Source of the DNA: an uncultured virus (IMG/VR IMGVR_UViG_3300034073_003023)
Taxonomy: Duplodnaviria; Heunggongvirae; Uroviricota; Caudoviricetes
DNA length: 64,000 nucleotides
Strand: one strand, 5' to 3'
IMG/VR virus record: IMGVR_UViG_3300034073_003023
This document shows positions 36,392 through 46,131 of the stretch, piece by piece (position 1 is the first letter of the stretch; every line of letters begins with the position of its first letter). Below the pieces are notes generated by a model. That model was not told the DNA's origin. It saw only the letters and a list, made by a program, of their open reading frames with translations, and did not search any database. Both the position numbers and the translations under genes were made by a program.

Positions 36392-39300
36392 TTAACCTCC
36401 TAATTCTTGAATTCTTTTTTCTAATGATCCAATTTTTTGATTTTGCTCTTTAATTGCTTCAATTAAAAGTGGGACAAGTTTTTCATATTGAACTGTTAGA
36501 TAATCAGAATTTACTGGTGCTGACTTAACTGCCTCTGGAAGAATTTCTTGAACATCTTGAGCAGAAACTCCAACGTGAAAACCTTGTTTATGAATTCCTA
36601 CTTCTTTTGCAAGTTCATTAAATTCATATGTAAATCCATTCAACTTGCAAACTTTATCTAATGCATTTTCAATGGGTTCAATATTTGTTTTGAGTCTAAT
36701 GTCAGAAACGAATGCAACAATATCTCCAGTTGCATTAACAACACCTGCTTCAAGGTATATATCATCATTTGAATCATTAAGATTTGCAATATGCAATCTA
36801 GTATTTTCTCCAGATTCTACATAATAACGAATAAATGCTTCATCCCCACCACCTCCACCGGGATTTGTGGGCCAATATATTCCTCTATCTGAAGCATTTC
36901 CTACTGAAGGAGTAATAGCACCTGAAAATGTTTTAGTTCCTCCTATAGTTTGATTCCCAGTAGTTCTTACTACAGTAGTATCAACCTGAATAGAATCAGC
37001 ATTAACTTGAATTCCACCACCTTGAGCACCAACAATATCTAATTCTACACTTTGTCCATTTAAAGATCCTCCTCCACTCAATCCATCACCAGCAGTTACA
37101 CTTCTATCTAAATTAGAAGCAAGAGATGCAGTTCCACTTAAGTTGGTGTTTAATGTATTAGTGCTTGGATTATAAGTAATGCCTGCATCAGTATATAAAG
37201 ATTCATTCGTTGCAGTGGCATTATCAGAGTCTACAAAAATTAAGAAGTGATTTGCATCGGTTGATCTAGTTTGAGTCTTAATTAAATCAGCACTTGTTGC
37301 ATTACCACTCAAATTAGTAGTTAATACATTCGTGCTTGGATTATAAGTAATGCCTGCATCAGTATATAAAGATTCATTCGTTGCAGTAGCATTATTAGAA
37401 TCTACGAAAGTTAACCAATGAGTTGCATCAGTTGCTCTAGATTGGGTCTTAATTAAATCAGCACTTGTTGCATTACCAAATAAATTACCAGTTACGTTTC
37501 CAGTCACATTTCCAGTTAGATCGCCAGTTAATCCTCCAGGAGTGACAATTGATCCAGATAAAATTAAATTACCAGTTCCATCTAAAGAAGCAATTTCAGT
37601 TTGCCCTGCATACCACTTAAAGAATAATGATGGTGTATTACTTGGAATAGAATTCCATAGAGAGTTGCCAGTAACTCCAGTAGCATAATCTACATTAGTT
37701 CCATTCAAAGTTTCTTCATAAACAAATCTAGAACCAACACTTCGGGTTGTAAATGTTGGGGTATTCTTTCCTAATTCATTTCTAAAGTTAATAATATCAA
37801 TTGGATTTCTGAAAATAATAGTTGCAAATCCAACAGTTGTATCTAATGCAATATCAACATCAATACCAAATCCATCAGGGTCTCCAATAAATTTAATTTG
37901 GTCTACAATTCCCTCAAAAACATTTGGTCCATTTTCAACTCCAGAGTAAATATAAACTAAGGTTCCAAGATCACCAACATAACCCCACGTTCTCCAACGA
38001 TCACTCGTAGTATAAACCCATCCAATGTTTTCCCCTTCATTTGGAGAAGCACGATAGATTATATCACCGTAATTTCCTGCAACAGTGGGAATGTCGGAAG
38101 AAATTGAATATCTTCTAGAAATTTCTAGATCACCTTGTAGGAATATAGATGGTGCTTCAATCCCTTCTGGGGAATAAGAAGTTAACTTCTCATTTAAAAT
38201 AACAGGTCCATTAAATTCAGAGGTTACATCATTATTTTTTCCTCCGCCAATTCTGATAGATCTATCAACTACAACATCATTTGTTTTTACTATCTCATTA
38301 GTAATGTTTTCATCACCAGTGAAGGTTTGAATTGGGGTATCAAAGATTTCTTCCTTTCCTGTAGCAGAAGTCGTCTTTTTATTTCCTGCGTAGAAATCTC
38401 CAGAATCATCAGTTCCAGAATAGTAAACAACACCACCGTTATACTTTGATGCTTGTGAAAGTATCTTTTCAGATTCTGATAGTTTTCTATCTTGCTTTTC
38501 TGGGAAGGCAGTTGAATAATTACCTGGACCAAATCCAACATATTCAAAAGTATGTCCAGAAGCACGAATGATTGTGTTTCTTCTAAACTCAACTGGAATT
38601 GGTTTGATTCTTTGAATTACGGAACCAACTGGATGAGTTTTTCTAATTGATGCAAACTGTGCTCTATAAACCTCAACGTTATCATTTATGATAGGAGATC
38701 TGACTCTCATCACTTCTCCATTTACGATAAAGTAATCTCCTATCTTAAGTCCACTACTTGCAGCATTAGTAATAACAATTGGAATACTTGCATCATTTGC
38801 AGTAGATAAGTATTGAACACTGTTTGATAAAACAAGTTTATCATAAATGTATCTACCTCTATCAGATCCTCTTTGAGAGGTATTATATCCGTATGGATAT
38901 AATCTTCTTGTTCCTGCAGTTGATGGTGTTGTAGTTGAAGTTCCAATTCCTACAACTTCAAATGAAGTTGATGAAATTACCCTGCTGACAGAAACATCTT
39001 TATTATAAAGAGATTGTGTAAATCCATCAAGTTTAACCTTTTGATTAAAACTTAAATCGTGAGCAGATGATGTAGTAACAGTTGCAATTCCAAATGCTCT
39101 ATCATAAGTAAATGCTGAAATGCTCAAAGATTTACCAGTTATAACAGCAATTGAATTTTGTGTTGTAAATGTAGTGCTAAAATTAGTAACTATTCCAGCG
39201 GAGGCAACAACTATTCTGTTGTTTGCCGGAATAGATGTAATTCTATAAAGATTATTATATCCTGTACTAACTCCAGTATAACCAGAAAGACTAATAACAT

Positions 39301-42300
39301 CACCAACATTATTACTAATGGTTGATACAGTTACTGTTGCGGGAACAAATCCTGTAGTAGTTCCAATTCCAACAGGAGGTATTAGAGATAAAGTATTTCC
39401 AACAACATATCTACTACCTCCATCCATAATCTGGACAGATTCAACATTACCAGTAGCATTAACATCAATTGATACTCTTGCATTTACACCAGTTGTAGTT
39501 CCTTGTAAATTAACTCCATAATAAGTACCAGGAACATAACTTGATCCAGTGCTTACAATAGAAAGTGAAGTAATTTCAGAAAGACCGTGATCTATAGTAG
39601 TATAGATTGTATGAGAAGTTCCAACTGAATTTGAAACAATTGCTGTTACACCAAAACCAATATTAAAATCATCAAAGAATTTATTTAAAGTTTCTTTTGT
39701 AATACTGCTTTCAGGACTATCAGTAGTGACTTCTCCAATTGTATCTAACTTAGCAAATGATACTGCTTCTTTAGGATCTGCAATTGGATTGTCTCTATCT
39801 ATTTGAGGATAAAGTCTTTTAATTGGTTGAGATAATTTAATATTTGTAAATGGTGCAGCAATAGGAGAAACTGAATTATTTAAAATAGTTAATTCATAAA
39901 TTCCATCTTGCTTTTCTGGAATATAATCTTGAACTGTTTCAATTTTATATAACTTATATGTGTTAACAGTTTCTTTTGGTTGGAAGTATGGAAGATCTAA
40001 ATTACGAATAGAAGTATCATTAGAAAATGCTCCTGGATTATTTGCAAGATCGTATACAAATTGCTTTGAATTAATAATTCTCTTTACGGAATAAGTTCCA
40101 TTATATTCATTTGGTATTACATTTCTTATTCTTACTTCTGTTCCAACATTTAAATCATGATCTAATTCGCAAGTAACTGTTGCCTCGTTTAAAGTCCAAG
40201 TTATTGTAGAAATATATTTTGGACTTCTTAGATCATTTACACTCTGTAGTGAATCGTCTTCAAATCCAAAATAAGTATCAATTTCATTTTCTCCAAGTAA
40301 TGTCTTATTACTCTTTTGCAATACATATCCATCAAGAGGAGGTCTTGCAATAATAGAAGAGTCTTTTGGAATGACATACTCAAATTTATAAATTGTGTCA
40401 TCTATGTTTCTTCTATCTGGTGTTCTTTGAATGTAAGTTCTATTAGTTGTCGGAACACCATCCTTAGATAAAACATAATCATATAAAGTGCTATTTGGAG
40501 CAACTGTAATATACCAGTTAGATCTAACTGAATCCCACTGAACAGGGTGTCCAATTTCACCAGCATTTTTGTCAGAAACTCTACTGACAACTTTTAGTCT
40601 TCCTCCTTTTGTGTTTATATCAATAGCAAGACCATTTAAGGCAGAATCAAAAGTATCTGCTATTTTAATTTGATTATTTCCACCTGTAGTAACATCAATA
40701 GCATAGTATATTTTGTCTTCTATTCCATCAGGCAAATAACCATTATCAGAGATAATTCTTATTTTTTCTCCGGTTTCAAAATTGTCTGTTTGAGTGAAGT
40801 TTATAATTGATGAAAAAATATTATTTTCAGTATCCCCATTTATTCTATCAACATTAAAAGATTTTTCGTAAGAGTTATTAGTATTTGGTATTAAAACTCT
40901 TGCTGTTGTATCTTCAAGATAAAGAATTTCGTTTTTTGCAGCACCGATTCTATATCCATCCAGTAATATTCTTGGAGGGTGATTAATGTCATTTTCATCA
41001 TATAAGTAAAGTTTATCTGTTGTCGCTGCTCCCGCTGCTCCAGCAATCGTTAAAGCAACATCAATAGAATTAAATTCAATTGTAATATCATTAGATTCAA
41101 TGTCTCTTGGAGGTATGATTTTAGTAATAAATCCTACGTCATCTCTAGGAAATGCTTCTCTACTAAATCCCTCAGATACTAATGCCTTAGCACCAAAGTT
41201 TGAGTTTGAGTTGGTAATTGAATAATCACCACCACTTTCTGCAAGGAATTGATTTGCAAATCCAATTGCGAAAATACTTACAAGTTGACAGAAACCACCT
41301 TCAGATACTTTTATATGATAGTTTTCATATTCAGGTTTAAATCTTGCTCTTGAATTCTTATAGAGATTTGGAACTGCAACAGAATCTCGATAAGCACCAA
41401 TATTCTTATCATATAATACAAAAGCATTATCATCTTTTTGGATGCCAATTCCAGTGAATTGAGCAACAACCATACTCTTAAATCCATCTGCTTTGCTTCC
41501 ATCTGCGTGAAGACCGCACATTCCATAAACAGATCTTAATGATACGTTAAAGACATATGGAGAAGCAGATGATACAGTATCGGTTACAATACTGAAGTTT
41601 GCTCCAAATACTTGAGGAGCAGCAACTTGAGGTAAAATTTTAGATCTATATTGTAGTTGATTAGTTCCCAGAACTCTGAACACTACAAACTGACCATCAT
41701 ATCCTTCTACATCAACACCAGAAACTTGAATTGGAGTATCAACACTAATTCCTTCAAGAGGTTCTGTAGTTGTAACTGTAATTGTAGTTGTAGGAGTAAA
41801 TCCATTTCCTGCTCTGATTTCAGATATTTGGAAATCTTTTCCTCTTGAACCTACAATTCTAAATTCATCTACAACTGGTTGAATATCTACAGCAGCACCT
41901 GTTGAATAAACAACATCATCAATTGGTCTACCAGATGAATCTCCATATACTAATGAGATCTTTTCATAATACATTTCAAGATCAGTTCTTGAAGTTGTTA
42001 TATTATTAACAACATCATTAATTACAACATTATTAACTCCATCAGCATACTCAAAACAAGTTAATTTATGGTGTGAAAAAGTTGGTGTTTCTCTTAATGA
42101 AGTATAATCCTTATAAGCAATTCCATTTGGATCTGCATCAAGAATAGAAAATCCATATAAAAATGATGCACCAGTAAGTCTGAATATAGCAGATCTTTCT
42201 ATATTATTATTGGTTGGATCTGGAACATATAAGGGTCTTATGACAGTTTTTCTAAGATCTTTTGCAACAATACTTACACCACGAGGAAGAATTAATCCTC

Positions 42301-42688
42301 CGTGAACTGAATTCAATTTGTAGAGATCGTTAGTTGGTGATGTTAAATCATATACAGTTTCTAAAGACCATTGATTTATTGAGGAATCTACCCCACTTCT
42401 AAGTTTAATATTACCATCATCTTCGATTACTGCTCCAGGACGATTATCTACTATGTGCTGTCCTGGGTAAATTAATATTGTAGTTCTTCCAAATCTATCG
42501 TTATCTAATCCTGCCTGATATGAAAATCTTGCTGCTTCTGCGAGTGCTCTGTTTAATGATTTAAACGGAACCATTTGACTGCTTCCGTCATTTTCTATGC
42601 TATCTGTAGAATCTAGAGCATTTGGATCTACGTGAAGTAAATTACCACGAACAGACTTCAAAAATGCTTCTAATCTTGAAAGACCCAT
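36392..42688 (-). CDS. Very large tail fibre / virion structural protein with C-terminal S74 chaperone
   Basis: MGLSRLEAFLK start; SDIRLKTNIEPI...GVSAQDVQEILPEAV...VQYEKLVPLLIEAIKE. Confidence 0.8.
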   Translation of the reverse strand: MGLSRLEAFLKSVRGNLLHVDPNALDSTDSIENDGSSQMVPFKSLNRALAEAARFSYQAGLDNDRFGRTTILIYPGQHIVDNRPGAVIEDDGNIKLRSGVDSSINQWSLETVYDLTSPTNDLYKLNSVHGGLILPRGVSIVAKDLRKTVIRPLYVPDPTNNNIERSAIFRLTGASFLYGFSILDADPNGIAYKDYTSLRETPTFSHHKLTCFEYADGVNNVVINDVVNNITTSRTDLEMYYEKISLVYGDSSGRPIDDVVYSTGAAVDIQPVVDEFRIVGSRGKDFQISEIRAGNGFTPTTTITVTTTEPLEGISVDTPIQVSGVDVEGYDGQFVVFRVLGTNQLQYRSKILPQVAAPQVFGANFSIVTDTVSSASPYVFNVSLRSVYGMCGLHADGSKADGFKSMVVAQFTGIGIQKDDNAFVLYDKNIGAYRDSVAVPNLYKNSRARFKPEYENYHIKVSEGGFCQLVSIFAIGFANQFLAESGGDYSITNSNSNFGAKALVSEGFSREAFPRDDVGFITKIIPPRDIESNDITIEFNSIDVALTIAGAAGAATTDKLYLYDENDINHPPRILLDGYRIGAAKNEILYLEDTTARVLIPNTNNSYEKSFNVDRINGDTENNIFSSIINFTQTDNFETGEKIRIISDNGYLPDGIEDKIYYAIDVTTGGNNQIKIADTFDSALNGLAIDINTKGGRLKVVSRVSDKNAGEIGHPVQWDSVRSNWYITVAPNSTLYDYVLSKDGVPTTNRTYIQRTPDRRNIDDTIYKFEYVIPKDSSIIARPPLDGYVLQKSNKTLLGENEIDTYFGFEDDSLQSVNDLRSPKYISTITWTLNEATVTCELDHDLNVGTEVRIRNVIPNEYNGTYSVKRIINSKQFVYDLANNPGAFSNDTSIRNLDLPYFQPKETVNTYKLYKIETVQDYIPEKQDGIYELTILNNSVSPIAAPFTNIKLSQPIKRLYPQIDRDNPIADPKEAVSFAKLDTIGEVTTDSPESSITKETLNKFFDDFNIGFGVTAIVSNSVGTSHTIYTTIDHGLSEITSLSIVSTGSSYVPGTYYGVNLQGTTTGVNARVSIDVNATGNVESVQIMDGGSRYVVGNTLSLIPPVGIGTTTGFVPATVTVSTISNNVGDVISLSGYTGVSTGYNNLYRITSIPANNRIVVASAGIVTNFSTTFTTQNSIAVITGKSLSISAFTYDRAFGIATVTTSSAHDLSFNQKVKLDGFTQSLYNKDVSVSRVISSTSFEVVGIGTSTTTPSTAGTRRLYPYGYNTSQRGSDRGRYIYDKLVLSNSVQYLSTANDASIPIVITNAASSGLKIGDYFIVNGEVMRVRSPIINDNVEVYRAQFASIRKTHPVGSVIQRIKPIPVEFRRNTIIRASGHTFEYVGFGPGNYSTAFPEKQDRKLSESEKILSQASKYNGGVVYYSGTDDSGDFYAGNKKTTSATGKEEIFDTPIQTFTGDENITNEIVKTNDVVVDRSIRIGGGKNNDVTSEFNGPVILNEKLTSYSPEGIEAPSIFLQGDLEISRRYSISSDIPTVAGNYGDIIYRASPNEGENIGWVYTTSDRWRTWGYVGDLGTLVYIYSGVENGPNVFEGIVDQIKFIGDPDGFGIDVDIALDTTVGFATIIFRNPIDIINFRNELGKNTPTFTTRSVGSRFVYEETLNGTNVDYATGVTGNSLWNSIPSNTPSLFFKWYAGQTEIASLDGTGNLILSGSIVTPGGLTGDLTGNVTGNVTGNLFGNATSADLIKTQSRATDATHWLTFVDSNNATATNESLYTDAGITYNPSTNVLTTNLSGNATSADLIKTQTRSTDANHFLIFVDSDNATATNESLYTDAGITYNPSTNTLNTNLSGTASLASNLDRSVTAGDGLSGGGSLNGQSVELDIVGAQGGGIQVNADSIQVDTTVVRTTGNQTIGGTKTFSGAITPSVGNASDRGIYWPTNPGGGGGDEAFIRYYVESGENTRLHIANLNDSNDDIYLEAGVVNATGDIVAFVSDIRLKTNIEPIENALDKVCKLNGFTYEFNELAKEVGIHKQGFHVGVSAQDVQEILPEAVKSAPVNSDYLTVQYEKLVPLLIEAIKEQNQKIGSLEKRIQELGG
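37133..37478. repeat. Tandem duplication of about 171 bp (57 aa) in the distal fibre
   Basis: GNATSADLIKTQ...NATATNESLYTDAGITYNPSTN occurs twice. Confidence 0.85.
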
Positions 42689-42737
42689 CTTATTATTTTA
42701 TAGATTTCCGTTAATGATTATTTATCATAGATGAAAT

Positions 42738-42902
42738 CTACTTCTTCCCTATAAGATATTCAACTGTATTTGCAATATCATTCATTGCGTCTCTAAGTTC
42801 AGGTCTTTGTCCTGACTCTTGTTTTATTATTGGTCGGTGATCGTCTGTGAGAGTCCATCTCCATTGCTTCATAGACTCACACCACCAGAGATTAATTTTC
42901 AT
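42738..42902 (-). CDS. 54-aa cyanophage-type protein (MKINLWWCESMKQWRWTL)
   Basis: Read by hand. Confidence 0.65.
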   Translation of the reverse strand: MKINLWWCESMKQWRWTLTDDHRPIIKQESGQRPELRDAMNDIANTVEYLIGKK

Positions 42903-43047
42903 GCTTATATTTTTCCAGTTTAATCCAATTTAAAAGTGCATTTAGTTGCATTCTTTTTTCTTCAGTTAAATCAAATTTTTTATTGAATAGATAAAAATCA
43001 ATTGATTCGATTGCAAGATCTCTATCTGATTGGGAAATTAATGACAT
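42892..43047 (-). CDS. 51-aa hypothetical protein (MSLISQSDRDLAIE)
   Basis: Read by hand. Confidence 0.6.
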   Translation of the reverse strand: MSLISQSDRDLAIESIDFYLFNKKFDLTEEKRMQLNALLNWIKLEKYKHEN

Positions 43048-43070
43048 ATAAAATAATAAGTATAGGGCAT

Positions 43071-43349
43071 TTAAAGAATTTCGTCAAGAACCTCTGGATT
43101 TTCCAACTCAACTTCAAACAAACAAGGATGAACCTCTTCATCAATTAAATAAAATGATTTGTGATAAAATATCTCAGGTGTCATTGTAAGTTGCTCATTT
43201 GCTTTTTGAATTATCTCAGGATCATCTTGAGCAATGTCTGGAATTTCATCAAAAGTAAAAGGTATATTGTTTATATAATAAGTCTTTATAATATACTTTT
43301 CATATGAAGTTTTATACCAATTATAAGATGTAGTAATCTTATACTTCAT
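43071..43349 (-). CDS. Hypothetical protein
   Basis: ORF track; late promoter at 43371-43377. Confidence 0.7.
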   Translation of the reverse strand: MKYKITTSYNWYKTSYEKYIIKTYYINNIPFTFDEIPDIAQDDPEIIQKANEQLTMTPEIFYHKSFYLIDEEVHPCLFEVELENPEVLDEIL

Positions 43350-43365
43350 TTAACTTGAGGTTAGA

Positions 43366-43584
43366 TTAACTATTTATTGGATTTTTATATGTTGGTGGGT
43401 GATATTTGAGATACTCAAAAAAAGTAAGTTTCATTTCTTTTTGAGTCATTCCACAATGCTTTGCTGCTGCTGGAAGAGTCATCGCACAAGAAAAGAGTGC
43501 TTCGTTTGCTTCCTTTACGTTTTCTGGAGTTGTTTTCACTGGAGGTTCGTATAACATATTGTAATTAATTTTGTATGGGTTCAT
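43366..43584 (-). CDS. Hypothetical protein (possible HTH: LPAAAKHCGMT)
   Basis: ORF track. Confidence 0.65.
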   Translation of the reverse strand: MNPYKINYNMLYEPPVKTTPENVKEANEALFSCAMTLPAAAKHCGMTQKEMKLTFFEYLKYHPPTYKNPINS

Positions 43585-43763
43585 AGTGGATTCTTATATT
43601 CGATTAAGTCTTCTTTAATTTTAGTTCTAACAACCTCAAGAACTTTTATAAATTGATTGATAGTTTTACAATATACTTCTTTTTTTGTTCCTAGATTAGA
43701 ATAAAGATAAAACATCTTATTCATAGGATCTACAATACAACGAATAAGATATTCATTATCCAT
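43581..43763 (-). CDS. Hypothetical protein
   Basis: ORF track; coupled to neighbours. Confidence 0.65.
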   Translation of the reverse strand: MDNEYLIRCIVDPMNKMFYLYSNLGTKKEVYCKTINQFIKVLEVVRTKIKEDLIEYKNPL

Positions 43764-43764
43764 C

Positions 43765-44061
43765 TTAAGATTGTAAACTTGTTAAAATTGCTGCAATTTC
43801 ACCTTGCAATCCTCCGATAGCAGCATTTAGATTTTCAATTTCTTGTAAAATATCCACTCCTTGAACAGTTAATATTCCATCAATTGTAACATCATCGTCA
43901 AACTTTGCTCTTTTAGTTACATCTAGTTTACCACTTAAATCTAAATCAACACTTCCATCCTCATTGAAAACGAATGGATCATTAGTTTCTGGCATTTCTG
44001 GTGGTTCTTGAGGGGTAAACTCAGGACCAATAATTTCAGTTGATGCAATACCTACAACCAT
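43765..44061 (-). CDS. Hypothetical structural protein
   Basis: ORF track; AGGAG RBS. Confidence 0.6.
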   Translation of the reverse strand: MVVGIASTEIIGPEFTPQEPPEMPETNDPFVFNEDGSVDLDLSGKLDVTKRAKFDDDVTIDGILTVQGVDILQEIENLNAAIGGLQGEIAAILTSLQS

Positions 44062-44071
44062 TTTAACACTC

Positions 44072-44740
44072 CTATAATGATAACCAAAGACTTGGATGGG
44101 GCATAGACTGATGATGTAAATTATATTCTGGTTTTAAACATAATTTAACATCACCAGCAATTACATATCTATCACTTAAATTTTCTTTTTTTAAAGTTGA
44201 GTGTGATAGATTACTTGGAAATATAACAACGGTTCCTTCATGAGGTGTTATTGTATAGTTTCCACAATTATACTTATTAAACTTTTTAATCAAATTATAT
44301 TTGTTGCTCGGTTCAAAGATATTTCCAGATACTTCATTTAAATTATTTGAACTATGAACACAGAACTTATCCGAAGTATTATCAGAAGACAGATAATAAC
44401 AAAAAGAAATATCTGAACCATTATGTATGTGAGGTTTCAATTGAGGAATATCTTTATTATGATATCCAACCCAGGATTTTATGAAGTTAATGTTTAATTT
44501 ATTATGATCTACTTCTAATAGATCCAAGTAATTGCATATATTATCTTTTAAAGATTTGAAAAGAATGTGATAATTAGAATTCAAATGTAAAGAACATCTT
44601 CCAGAATTTTCTGGAGTTTCATTTTCATAACCATTAAACCATAAAGTTTTTAATTCTTCAAAATATTGGTCTTTAAATTCTCGATGTGTTTTTACCTCAT
44701 CTTGAGCAACTAATATTGGAAAGACCTCATGAACCTTCAT
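44072..44740 (-). CDS. 2OG-Fe(II) oxygenase (TIGR02466-like)
   Basis: SWVG...PHIH, SFCYY, EGTVVIFPSNLSH, RYVIAGD. Confidence 0.8.
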   Translation of the reverse strand: MKVHEVFPILVAQDEVKTHREFKDQYFEELKTLWFNGYENETPENSGRCSLHLNSNYHILFKSLKDNICNYLDLLEVDHNKLNINFIKSWVGYHNKDIPQLKPHIHNGSDISFCYYLSSDNTSDKFCVHSSNNLNEVSGNIFEPSNKYNLIKKFNKYNCGNYTITPHEGTVVIFPSNLSHSTLKKENLSDRYVIAGDVKLCLKPEYNLHHQSMPHPSLWLSL

Positions 44741-44741
44741 A

Positions 44742-45533
44742 CTATGTGTTTATGCTATACTCACTATTATCACCTGGATAGTCGTCTGGTGTCAAGCCTT
44801 GATACTCAGGGATAAGGTCTTCCCCATCAGTTCTTGTTCCATAAACATGGTAAAAACAATCAATAGGCATTCCACCTTTTGCTTGAAGATGTATTTGAGT
44901 CTTATCAATTCTTTTTACGATTACATCCTGATGAGCACCAACAGGTGTTAAAGACACTGTAATTGATTGAGTGTCAACAAAAGTTTTCCAATACTCTGGA
45001 AGTTGAATAACATTCTTATTTGTAATTCTTCCACGCACATATACATCATTAGAAGGTGCCTCTGGGCACGTATGCCTTAATCTCCATCCCTCTTTTGTTG
45101 GATGAGGAATATCAAAGTTTTTCTTTGAAGATAATCTATGAGCACCACAAAATGCCCATACATCTCCTTGAGAAACAACAATTGCTCCTGCTCTTACAGC
45201 AAGACCAGCATTGACACTTAGATTGGCGTCTAAGTTATTGAAAATAGCAGCATCTCCTATTACTGCAAGAGAATATGGAGAATTATTTGTAGGAATACAT
45301 GCTTGAAGAACACCTGGAATAACTGCAGGAGGAGAATCACTATTTGTTAAAGGGGCAATCATACACGATGCCCACACACTTGGAAATGTTGCATGATTTC
45401 CAATAATTGCTGGACCTTGAGTATATGAAGATCCTTGTATTTTTAATGGCCCTCTTCCTAATATTTCTGGTCCTACTGGATCCTTAACATTAAAAAACTG
45501 TCCTTTTACATAGATATCATCATAAGATGCCAT
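44742..45533 (-). CDS. Baseplate-region protein with C-terminal chaperone-like domain
   Basis: KNFDIPHPTKEGWRLRHTCPEAP...YVRGR...IQLPEYW; follows gp5. Confidence 0.6.
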   Translation of the reverse strand: MASYDDIYVKGQFFNVKDPVGPEILGRGPLKIQGSSYTQGPAIIGNHATFPSVWASCMIAPLTNSDSPPAVIPGVLQACIPTNNSPYSLAVIGDAAIFNNLDANLSVNAGLAVRAGAIVVSQGDVWAFCGAHRLSSKKNFDIPHPTKEGWRLRHTCPEAPSNDVYVRGRITNKNVIQLPEYWKTFVDTQSITVSLTPVGAHQDVIVKRIDKTQIHLQAKGGMPIDCFYHVYGTRTDGEDLIPEYQGLTPDDYPGDNSEYSINT

Positions 45534-45548
45534 AAATTTTCCTCTTTA

Positions 45549-46127
45549 TTAAAATATGTTAAATGATGGTAATGCTCTTTCCCAAATACTATTCTCAAAT
45601 TCAATTGGAGGTTTGATAGCACTTGCTGATGTTACATTTTGAACTTCACCAGCATACATTTTCATTATATTAGTAGCAGTAAGTTGCATTGACCCATTGG
45701 TATATAAACTTGCTGACTGTTTTCCATTAAATTCTACTTGTTTACCCTCCACATTTATTTTTGCAGAAGCCTTTATATTCACGTTACCATTATTATTATC
45801 GGGCCCATATGCAATCATGTCAATGTTTTCTGCTTCCATTCTAATTCTGCCACGGGTAGAAATTACAATATCCCCATTAGCAGCATCTAACCAAAATGCA
45901 GGTTGTCCTTTTTCAATGTTATCTCCACACTTAATTTGATATCTTCCTCTACATCTATTTGTAATCCAACCAGATCTTGGATCTGTTTGATCTATGGTGA
46001 TGTATTCAAGTCCTCCTTGACCTTGTAAGAGAATTGATGACTTAACTTGATCTTTATGTATATGACCAAATCTTAAGGCACCGTCTTTAGTTCTTATGTC
46101 TTTAGTTTCGTAATTTTTTGATGTCAT
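45549..46127 (-). CDS. gp5 C-terminal spike-like beta-helix protein
   Basis: Beta-repeat composition (NGDIVISTRGRIRMEAENI); directly after gp5. Confidence 0.5.
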   Translation of the reverse strand: MTSKNYETKDIRTKDGALRFGHIHKDQVKSSILLQGQGGLEYITIDQTDPRSGWITNRCRGRYQIKCGDNIEKGQPAFWLDAANGDIVISTRGRIRMEAENIDMIAYGPDNNNGNVNIKASAKINVEGKQVEFNGKQSASLYTNGSMQLTATNIMKMYAGEVQNVTSASAIKPPIEFENSIWERALPSFNIF

Positions 46128-46131
46128 TTTA

